Part shown: one piece after another, positions 10,943 through 18,846 of the stretch
Position numbering within the stretch: position 1 is the stretch's first letter
Layout: the number at the start of each line of letters is the position of its first letter
Source of the DNA: Desulfobacterales bacterium
GTDB taxonomy: Bacteria > Desulfobacterota > Desulfobacteria > Desulfobacterales > UBA5616
Assembly (NCBI GenBank): GCA_046483495.1
Contig: JAWODC010000066.1
Coordinates: forward strand, 1-45,690
Direction of reading: 5' to 3'
DNA: 45,690 nt
Translations under genes and position numbers: made by a program
Notes under the pieces: model-generated
Seen by the model: only the letters and a program-made list of their open reading frames with translations
Databases searched by the model: none
What the model was told of the DNA's origin: nothing

Positions 10943-11111
10943 ATGCACATTAAAATCATGTTATCATATTTTGAAAAAAATTAACAAGACCGCCCATCGA
11001 AGTCCCGCCTTTTCAATCAGGGCCGGACGAGGCTGTTCAATCTGTTGGTGAAGCCGGATGGGCGCTTGATGAAACCCTATCGCCGATTCGGCAGCCGCCT
11101 GGAGTGAAAAC

Positions 11112-11351
11112 ATGAAAAGGGATGATGTTTACTGGGAGTTGAAAAAGGCCATTACGAACTTTCTTGCCCGGCAAACGGACGAAGATTCGAAATTCGATAT
11201 CGAGATGACTGTTGAAAAGTACTTCGAAGAAGAAGTCAGTAAATATTCACCGGAAGAGCTGGCGGAATTTGCCGGCACTCCTGAATCAATCCTCCGGCAT
11301 TTTAAGCATTATTTGGATAACTACAAAAAGATTCTGGACAAACCGCACTAG
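11112..11351 (+). CDS. Hypothetical small acidic protein
   Basis: 79 aa ORF with GGAG SD and protein-like composition. Confidence 0.65.
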   Translation: MKRDDVYWELKKAITNFLARQTDEDSKFDIEMTVEKYFEEEVSKYSPEELAEFAGTPESILRHFKHYLDNYKKILDKPH

Positions 11352-11414
11352 GTTTTTACCCGATACCTACAGCGTCCGTAACAGGCAAGTCGGCTTATCC
11401 AATGCGTGCACCTC

Positions 11415-11702
11415 TCATTCGGTCTTTTTTTTCCCGAATAATTTCAGCTTTTCAACAATCATCCGGATGCCTTTTTCTTTGCCTACGGTTGTCGCCTTCC
11501 CGGCCAGGGGGCGCTCAACGATTTGAATATTTCCCCATCGGACGGTTTCCCTGCCCGTCTCGTCAATGAACCGGTATTCACCCGTCTCGTCATTGGCATA
11601 GCTGAATGCGAGCCGCATTTCCTCACCGGTCTCTTTGTCGACAACCCGGGAAATTCGGGCAAGCAGTACATCCTTTTTAAAATCGATTTCGATAAAACAC
11701 AT
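11415..11702 (-). CDS. Hypothetical protein
   Basis: 95 aa ORF with plausible composition; start codon uncertain. Confidence 0.6.
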   Translation of the reverse strand: MCFIEIDFKKDVLLARISRVVDKETGEEMRLAFSYANDETGEYRFIDETGRETVRWGNIQIVERPLAGKATTVGKEKGIRMIVEKLKLFGKKKTE

Positions 11703-11817
11703 CCCCTTTCATGTTCGTTTCATCCAAACTAAAAAAGTTTGCGTTTTTTTTCAAGACATTATTCAGCAAATTCAATACGACTAAGGCTTTTAGATAACGC
11801 AGAGCGGTTTGGGCCGT

Positions 11818-12210
11818 TTATTCAGATCCTTCTCTTCGCCCGAATCCCCAAGAAAAAGACCGCTTGTACATTTCATGACCGCCGATTCGAACGCCTCGAA
11901 AAATAGTCTCCGCCAAAGGGACCGACCCGAGTATGCGGACGGCATCGATCATCAACTCGGCATCGGCAATCAAACGTTCCACTTCTTCACCCGGATAACC
12001 GGCCCAGTATTTTAAATCGTGAAGAAAGCATGCCGGGTACAGATCATGCCCCAGATTGACGTCCAGCCATAACGAGCACCCGTCGCTTTTGAAGGGGCGG
12101 ACCGGCGGATCATTTTCGATTTTTTCCCACAGTGCTTGCAGGTGGTAATAGCGGCAAATTGCCTTGACTTTTTTAAGCGGCACCATGCAGTGTTTTTCAG
12201 GCATTTCCAT
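11818..12210 (-). CDS. Hypothetical protein with phospholipase A2-like motif
   Basis: SDGCS...ACFLHDLKY...LIAD resembles the CxxHDxxY His-Asp motif. Confidence 0.65.
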   Translation of the reverse strand: MEMPEKHCMVPLKKVKAICRYYHLQALWEKIENDPPVRPFKSDGCSLWLDVNLGHDLYPACFLHDLKYWAGYPGEEVERLIADAELMIDAVRILGSVPLAETIFRGVRIGGHEMYKRSFSWGFGRREGSE

Positions 12211-12473
12211 AGATACAGCCCCCTTTTGTTTTGCGGATTGACGTTTTAAAATTCAAGACCCATGTATCACAATCACAATCGGTTGTATGTCAGGTAAACG
12301 CCCTTTGTTTTGTGGGGATTTTTCGATTCACTTTTTCTGCGCGGTTGTAATTTCACTGAATAGTTTCACCTTGAGGGGTGATCGTCACAAAAAGGTACCC
12401 CGATGCCGATTGCCATGCTGCATATCATGGTTATTTTTGGTTTTTGGTGCTGTTAAAGGAGAGGAATGCGACC

Positions 12474-13673
12474 ATGCGGTCTCTATCACTGAATGCCTTA
12501 TGTTCTATACGGGCTGAAATGAATTGGCAGCATAATGAAATACCCCATAAGGAAATCTATTTTTCCCGCAATGTAAATCCGAGGGGCGATTTCTTACCGG
12601 CTGAAACCAAGCAGGAACTTCTGGAGAATGCCGCCGGGAAGAAACACATATTTTACCTCCATCCCGGCCAGGGAGAGCTTCCTGAATATGACCCTAACCG
12701 GTTAAAGCGCTTCAAAAAAACGCAATTTGACGGCCGCATGCCGGACAATGCAACGCTTACGCCTCGATACGGCCGGTTTTATCCAAAAGGTCGTTTATTG
12801 GGGCCATTCAATGCATTCGACACCGTCCCTTTCCGGGTTTTGGATGTGGATGCTTCGACATTTGTAGCGGACCTCAATCACCCAATGGCGGAAAAACCGG
12901 TTGAACTGGCGCTGGAAGTTGTGGACGTCACCGATAACATCGATAGCATGCGACCTGCCGATTGGTTCAAAGAGATGATCGATGGTCCGGGCATTCAGTC
13001 GCGTGCAAACAACCGACCCACCGAATTTATCACGGAAGATGCCTTGAGCCGAAAGGATGAGTCACCGGACAGCGCATTTTATAACCAACCACGGTTGGTT
13101 ATCCATCTTGACACAACGGCCGTTAATACCGTATCGGAAATCTATGGCCGTTTGGTGCCCCATGGTGCGGATATTATCGATTTGATGAGCAGTTGGAAAT
13201 CACATCTGCCGAAAGACCGCAGCTATAAAAGAATCACCGGACTCGGGCTCAATCAGGAGGAGCTTGCGAAAAATGACCGGCTGACGGATTATGTGGTGCA
13301 CGATTTAAATGAACATCCGGTACTGCCGTTCGAGCACAGGCGATACGATGCCGTCATCTGCACCGTATCGGTTGAATATATTACGCATCCTTTTAAGGTT
13401 TTTCAGCAGGTGGCTCGAATTTTAAGGCCCGGCGGTGTATTTGCCGTGACTTTTTCAAATCGATGGTTCCCACCGAAAGTGATCACTATTTGGCGGGAAA
13501 TTCATGAATTCGAACGCATGGGACTGGTTGCCGAGTATTTTCTCAATTCAGGTGCTTATGAACATATCGGCACCATTTCCGTAAGAGGGTTGAAGCGGCC
13601 GTCCGATGATAAGTATGCCGACGCATTTGAGTTTTCCGATCCCGTTTACTGTGTATACGGATATGCGTCATAA
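12474..13673 (+). CDS. Class I SAM-dependent methyltransferase with an N-terminal FKBP/SlyD-like region
   Basis: DLMSSWKSHL, VHDLN and LRPGG..FSNRWFP motifs; VADLNHPMAEKPVELALEVVDV resembles the SlyD C-terminal strands. Start placed at 12474 after GGAGAGG. Confidence 0.8.
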   Translation: MRSLSLNALCSIRAEMNWQHNEIPHKEIYFSRNVNPRGDFLPAETKQELLENAAGKKHIFYLHPGQGELPEYDPNRLKRFKKTQFDGRMPDNATLTPRYGRFYPKGRLLGPFNAFDTVPFRVLDVDASTFVADLNHPMAEKPVELALEVVDVTDNIDSMRPADWFKEMIDGPGIQSRANNRPTEFITEDALSRKDESPDSAFYNQPRLVIHLDTTAVNTVSEIYGRLVPHGADIIDLMSSWKSHLPKDRSYKRITGLGLNQEELAKNDRLTDYVVHDLNEHPVLPFEHRRYDAVICTVSVEYITHPFKVFQQVARILRPGGVFAVTFSNRWFPPKVITIWREIHEFERMGLVAEYFLNSGAYEHIGTISVRGLKRPSDDKYADAFEFSDPVYCVYGYAS

Positions 13674-14104
13674 CGCTTTCAATCAAATTTCTACTCAAGA
13701 TCAAGCAAAACTGCATGGTGATCCGTATGCATTACCAAGGTGTAACAAGCACTTAACATGCGGCTTTAAGGAAGGTATTGGGCAAACGATTATTTTAAAA
13801 CAATTTTCGCAATACTCCAAAAGGAAATGAAGACAATTCATCTACTTCTCACGTGATGGGAGGATGGGTATATTCTACGGCTCTGCAAGTGAAAGGGTGC
13901 GCTATAGAAAAAGGCTTCCGGAAAATACGAAGCCTGTTTGTCGTGAAAACATTCCGCTTTCAAACCGTGAAAAATGCGGCGATAAAAATGGATACAAATG
14001 CGTTTGCGATGTTCTGCTCGTCATGAAACGGCAACTGATGAAGCCCATCCTCTGCGAACCACGGTCATTGACAAAGGAGTGGGATTGGTGCGGGTGAGTT
14101 TATG

Positions 14105-14156
14105 AGAAAAGCGGGGGTTGACGGCCGAAGGAATCGCCCAAAATGCGTAACCCCTT
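14105..14156 (-). terminator. Terminator-like hairpin downstream of tRNA-Leu
   Basis: Minus strand GGGGTTACG...CGTCAACCCC followed by CGCTTTTCT. Confidence 0.45.
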
Positions 14157-14163
14157 ACAATCA

Positions 14164-14252
14164 TGGTGCCTGGGACGAGAATCGAACTCGTACAGCCGCT
14201 TGGGGCCGAGGGATTTTAAGTCCCTTGCGTCTACCAATTCCGCCACCCAGGC
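14164..14252 (-). tRNA. tRNA-Leu (anticodon TAA)
   Basis: GCCTGGG acceptor stem, TGGTAGAC D-loop, AGGGA-CT-TAA-AA-TCCCT anticodon arm, long variable arm, GTTCGATT T-loop and encoded CCA. Confidence 0.97.
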
Positions 14253-14474
14253 ACGGCACTGTTTAAACTTCGAATCGTATCAATCCATAGCTTATTCAAT
14301 TTTCTTTTTCAAGCCAAAACATGGCCCCGGCTTTACACGCATTTGCAATCGAACGAGGCCTTTCAACGATAAAAGGGATGCTCTAATGATTTGACTTTTC
14401 CTCTCGCGGAAACGTATAAGACAGCTTGCATCAAAAAAGGCCGTTGAACCTATCGTAGCATCGAGAAAGGATGC

Positions 14475-15236
14475 GTGTATTTTATAGCGATGTCGGATTT
14501 TAAACGTTTGTTTTTACCCCTTTCCCAGGGGCTTGGAAAAATCCTGCTGGTGCTGAAAAACCGGTTCGATTTGATCGAAGTAAAAATCCTGTTCGCCGGA
14601 TTGTTTCTGTCAGGATTGGCAGGCATCTATCTGTTTTATATTCTCGTTACCGACCCGGGACTCTACCAAACCCTGTTTTCCACGGCCGCCATTCATGTAA
14701 TGGGAGGCAGGGCGCTTGGAATCGCCACCTGTTTGTCCGCCGATATACCGACCTTTTATACAATAATGTATAATTTTTATCTCGAAGTCGTCATCGTTCT
14801 TCTAACCTACGGTATCGTGGTGTTGTTCATGCGCAATATCGTCCAGCCGAAACTATTCTGCAGTGCCGTTCGACAGGCCGAGCTTGCGGCGCAAGACCAA
14901 AAAACGAGAATTAAACGGTTCGGCGCCGTGGGACTGTTTTTCTTTGTCATGTTCCCTTTTTTCATGACCGGTCCTGTTATCGGCGCCATTATCGGATATC
15001 TCCTGAATTATAGAGCCGTCAGTAACTTCATGATCGTTTTTTCCGGGACATTGACCTCGATCGTCATATACGCATTGGTTGGAAATAAGGTGTTGGAGGT
15101 TATCAACCGGTACGTCCATATAGACCTTATCAAGAAATGGGGTGCTATAGCAGCGGTGATCCTCATATTCATACTCTTAATCTATCATTTAAAAACGATA
15201 AAAGCGCTTTTACATCGCGAGTTCAACCGGGATTGA
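14475..15236 (+). CDS. Small multidrug export-like membrane protein
   Basis: Multiple TM segments; GLFFFVMFPFFMTGPVIGAIIG matches the family pattern. Confidence 0.75.
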   Translation: MYFIAMSDFKRLFLPLSQGLGKILLVLKNRFDLIEVKILFAGLFLSGLAGIYLFYILVTDPGLYQTLFSTAAIHVMGGRALGIATCLSADIPTFYTIMYNFYLEVVIVLLTYGIVVLFMRNIVQPKLFCSAVRQAELAAQDQKTRIKRFGAVGLFFFVMFPFFMTGPVIGAIIGYLLNYRAVSNFMIVFSGTLTSIVIYALVGNKVLEVINRYVHIDLIKKWGAIAAVILIFILLIYHLKTIKALLHREFNRD

Positions 15237-15447
15237 ACCCATGAACCGCACCCGGCCTTCATGCATCGAATTGCCGCTTAACGCGGTGTTTATTCAATCT
15301 TATGTCGCCTATCGACGGCAAAAAGAACATTTGGTAACAATTTTTTAACTTTTTTTCATTTTGTGCCGTTTCATATATTGACCGAACGCGGTTGATATGC
15401 TACTGACAGACCAATCCATCATCCATCAAGTCGACACCCATTAACCG

Positions 15448-15580
15448 GTGCCAATCCAGAAATGAAAACATGCGATTCGGTTCAAGTGAGCGGGAAATGG
15501 TAAACGCAGCCATACGCTGGGATTGAAATTTCCGGCCAATGCAGAAGTGGAATGAATAAGCCGTTTCCGGATGGGCACTA
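15448..15580 (+). repeat. Dispersed palindromic element, copy 3 (central hairpin partly deleted)
   Basis: GTGCCAATCCAGAAATG...AACGCAG...GATTGAAATTTCCGGCCAATGCAGA...CCGTTTCCGGATGGGCACTA. Confidence 0.8.
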
Positions 15581-15600
15581 ACCCAATTGAAGAGAATGCC

Positions 15601-16098
15601 ATGACACTAACCGAACTTTCCAGCAATAATGCTTTGTGCAAGATCTTCAGCATCGTTGAAACCATGGAGCCCGAAGGCCAGCTTGATCTGCTCTCCCGAT
15701 TAGGGGCTGAAAAGCTTCCTTCCATCCTTTATCAGCTAATCGTCGACTTGCCGGAATTCAAACGGGCCGATCTGCTGAATGACTTGAACGAAAGGGTAAT
15801 GGGCAAACGATCCCACCAGAGGAAAAAGGTCACCATGGCCACGGATTACGTGATCGACAAAAGGGCTTACAGAAGCTTCATTACCGATATCAGCGAGAGC
15901 GGCGTTTTCATTCAAAATCCAGGTCCGTTGAAAGTCGGGGATAATATCGTTCAGAATTTATCCCTTTCAGACCGGCAAATCCCCTTTAAATTCAATGGTG
16001 AAGTCGTCCGCGTCGGCAAGGACGGCGTCGGAGTCAAATTTAGGAACTTATCGCAGTACCAAAGAGATGTGCTGCGGTCCATTTTTGAAACCTTGTAG
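15601..16098 (+). CDS. PilZ domain protein (c-di-GMP receptor)
   Basis: RSHQR (RxxxR), DISESG (DxSxxG) and GEVVR..GVGVKF motifs. The upstream ATG at 15571 lies inside the repeat's terminal inverted repeat. Confidence 0.85.
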   Translation: MTLTELSSNNALCKIFSIVETMEPEGQLDLLSRLGAEKLPSILYQLIVDLPEFKRADLLNDLNERVMGKRSHQRKKVTMATDYVIDKRAYRSFITDISESGVFIQNPGPLKVGDNIVQNLSLSDRQIPFKFNGEVVRVGKDGVGVKFRNLSQYQRDVLRSIFETL

Positions 16099-16132
16099 CT
16101 TCTTTTTCAGGCGTCCGGCCCGCCGTTCGAAA

Positions 16133-17563
16133 TCATTCGGCGAGATATGCCTTGTAAGTCGTCAATGATGTAACAATCCTGGCGACGATCTCGAAGGAGG
16201 AGAACATGGGAATCCGCCGGGTGGACAGCAACTCCTCTGCTTCGAACTGAAGCGCCTGCATTTCCAGGTTCTTGAAGGTGTCACCGACCAAATACATCGG
16301 CTTTTCGAGCCACTCCTTAACCTTGGCGATGGTATCCATGTAAAACGAAACCCCGGCCCTTCCTGCCTCCCGGTAGATGAACGCCAAATTGACGTTGAAA
16401 ATCAGTGAGTCGATGTTCGCATCATCCTTGAGCAGGGTCATCACTTTCTTGAAGCTTTCCATGTCGTGCAGGTGAGGCAATATATCCAGCGGGTTTTTGG
16501 CGCTGCTTCCCTGAAGCGGAATGAACGCTTCCAATTCGGCAATGGTTTCATCCGTCAGGTGTGGAACCGTAAGCCCTTCTTTTTCCGCAAGATCCGTCAT
16601 GGTGACGCTTCCGCCGCCGGCGCCGCCGAGAACGGCAACGCGATTACCTTCGGGGTATGGAAGCCGTTTTATGGCCGAGATCATCTGCACCATTTCATCG
16701 ATCGAATTCACCGAAATAATGCCGGCCTGGCGGCACATGGCATTCCAGATCCGATGCGATCCGGCCAGGGCCGCGGTGTGGGACTGCGTGGCTCTGGCGC
16801 CGCCTTCGGTCTGCCCCCCCTTCCAAACGATCAGAGGTTTATTCCGCGTGATGCGTTTGGCGGCTTCGAAGAATTCTCGACCGCATGGCACACCCTCCAA
16901 ATACGCTGCGATAATGCGTGTTTTGGGATCGTCGGCCAGATAATTGAGATAATCGTGAGCCTTCAAATCACATGCATTGCCGAAACTCACGACCTTGCTG
17001 AAACTGACTCTCTTGATCGATCCGGCCATGACGATCATGTTGGCCAATTGTCCGCTTTGGCTGAACAAACCGACCGATCCGATCCGATCCGGCATTTCGC
17101 CGTTCCATGAAATGCCCCCTTCAGGGCAGTACAATCCCATACAATTCGGGCCGACGATTCGAATCCCACCCTCGCGGGCCGTCTTGACCAACTTTCTTTC
17201 TATTTCCGCATATTCACTTCTGCCGGTTTCGCTGAAGCCGGCGGTCAGCAGGTGAACAAATTTAACTTTTTTTCTCACGCAGCTTTCCATCACATCCAGC
17301 ACCGCGTGAGACGGAATGCAAAAAATAACCAGGTCGATATCGTCCGGTATTGCATCGATGCCGGGATAACACGTGTATCCGAGAATCTGTTTCGCTTCCG
17401 GATGAACGGGATAGATTTTTCCCTGATAACTCTGCTTGATGCATCCGTTGATGTAGGCGTTACCGCTCGACCAGACAAATCCGCGTTTTGGCGATGTGCC
17501 GACAACGGCAATGCTCTTCGGGTAGAACAAGGCGTCCAGGTTGGGTGTCGTTTCGACCATCAT
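16133..17563 (-). CDS. ADP-forming acyl-CoA synthetase alpha subunit (CoA-binding)
   Basis: PKSIAVVG, AGFSETG, GPNCMG, SQSG, SHTAALAG (phospho-His) and NPLD motifs. Confidence 0.88.
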   Translation of the reverse strand: MMVETTPNLDALFYPKSIAVVGTSPKRGFVWSSGNAYINGCIKQSYQGKIYPVHPEAKQILGYTCYPGIDAIPDDIDLVIFCIPSHAVLDVMESCVRKKVKFVHLLTAGFSETGRSEYAEIERKLVKTAREGGIRIVGPNCMGLYCPEGGISWNGEMPDRIGSVGLFSQSGQLANMIVMAGSIKRVSFSKVVSFGNACDLKAHDYLNYLADDPKTRIIAAYLEGVPCGREFFEAAKRITRNKPLIVWKGGQTEGGARATQSHTAALAGSHRIWNAMCRQAGIISVNSIDEMVQMISAIKRLPYPEGNRVAVLGGAGGGSVTMTDLAEKEGLTVPHLTDETIAELEAFIPLQGSSAKNPLDILPHLHDMESFKKVMTLLKDDANIDSLIFNVNLAFIYREAGRAGVSFYMDTIAKVKEWLEKPMYLVGDTFKNLEMQALQFEAEELLSTRRIPMFSSFEIVARIVTSLTTYKAYLAE

Positions 17564-17699
17564 TTTCGCTCCTATTTCATCTTGGGTTCCATCCAGACGG
17601 GCGAATGAAATTTTCGTTCATAGGCTCTCGTTCACACCGCACCGGAATTCAAAGTTATCATATTTGAATGACAATTCGAAAAAAGTCAATGTTCTAATG

Positions 17700-17840
17700 A
17701 GTGTCCATCCAGAAATGAGAAAATTCACTTCAGTGTAAGGCGGTGGAAATTTTGACCGCAGGAATACATTATGTATTTCGAGGATAAACATTTCCGGCCG
17801 AGAAGAAGTAGAGTGAATCAGCCATTTCCGGATAGGCAAC
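17700..17840 (+). repeat. Dispersed palindromic element, copy 4 (most complete)
   Basis: AGTGTCCATCCAGAAATG...AAGGCG..GGAAATTTTGACCGCAG-GAATACAT-T-ATGTATTT-CGAGGATAAACATTTCC...CATTTCCGGATAGGCAAC. Confidence 0.85.
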
Positions 17841-18033
17841 GTTTTTCAAATTGAAAGCACTTTTTTCTCGTGTTATGGTGCATGAGATGCTTTCCGCACG
17901 GGCATTTTTCCTGCACCGCACTGTGATAACCGCCCATCCCGGATTGCATTGCTTTTCCCAAAAAACGCTACCGCCAAAAAGCCCGATGATGAGTGAATTG
18001 CCCAACCCTTTCACATCAGAAGGAGGAGCATCA

Positions 18034-18834
18034 ATGATATTCAACGATCTGGTCTATGAAAAGCATGATCACGTCGGCGTGATAACGCTGAACCGGCCGG
18101 AAGCCCGTAATGCGTTGACAATGACAACCTACCATGAACTCGAAACCGCGCTGACGGATGCCGATACGGATCATGATATTCGCGCTGTGGTGATAACAGG
18201 CGCCGGAAAGGGGTTTTGTTCCGGTGACGATGTCAAACAGGTCATGCTGGACCCGGACCGAGAACAGAAGCGCAGGGAAGCGGAAAAGCGAAATGTCTGT
18301 GCAAAACCGACTCCCGCCGCCGCCATTCTTATGAATATGATCAAACCGTTGATCGCGGCGGTAAACGGTCCGGCCGTGGGATGGGGTATGGACCTGGCGC
18401 TGATGTGCGACATCAGAATTGCATCCGAAGCCGCCAAGTTCGGAGAGATCTTCGTGCTGCGGGGATTGATCCCGGATATCGGGGGGATACTTTGCCTGCC
18501 CCGAATGGTCGGGCCTTCGAAAGCCTATGAGCTTTTGTTTACCGGGAAGGTCATTTCAGCAAAAGAAGCGCTCGACATCGGTTTGGTCAGCCGCGTGGTT
18601 TCTCAGGAAGAACTGATGCCCACGGCACTATCGCTCGCCGAAACCATCGCCGCCAATCCCCCGCTTGCCGTCAGACGAATAAAAGAGGCGGTCAGGCGTG
18701 GGCTGGGGTATGACGTGAACGCTATGGGTGAATATATTACGTCGTCTCTTGGGGTCTTGTTCAAAACGGACGACCACAAAGAGGGGGCATCGGCCTTTGT
18801 AGAAAAGCGAAAGCCGGTTTTCAAAGGAAGCTGA
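18034..18834 (+). CDS. Enoyl-CoA hydratase/isomerase family protein
   Basis: ITLNRPEARNAL, FCSGDD, AAVNGPAVGWG and CDIRIA motifs; start after AGGAGG. Confidence 0.93.
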   Translation: MIFNDLVYEKHDHVGVITLNRPEARNALTMTTYHELETALTDADTDHDIRAVVITGAGKGFCSGDDVKQVMLDPDREQKRREAEKRNVCAKPTPAAAILMNMIKPLIAAVNGPAVGWGMDLALMCDIRIASEAAKFGEIFVLRGLIPDIGGILCLPRMVGPSKAYELLFTGKVISAKEALDIGLVSRVVSQEELMPTALSLAETIAANPPLAVRRIKEAVRRGLGYDVNAMGEYITSSLGVLFKTDDHKEGASAFVEKRKPVFKGS

Positions 18835-18846
18835 TCCCGGCTTTCC

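Noticed and set aside
11065..11115. Hammerhead-like TGATGA...GAAA
   Set aside because: The core is TTGATGA rather than CTGATGA, and stems I-III cannot be formed convincingly.
12218..12320. Imperfect direct repeat CCCTTT(T)GTTTTG..GGATT
   Set aside because: Two short low-complexity copies only; not CRISPR-like and could be chance.
10800..14252. Integrated element at tRNA-Leu
   Set aside because: No integrase and no duplicated tRNA 3' end (att site) were seen.
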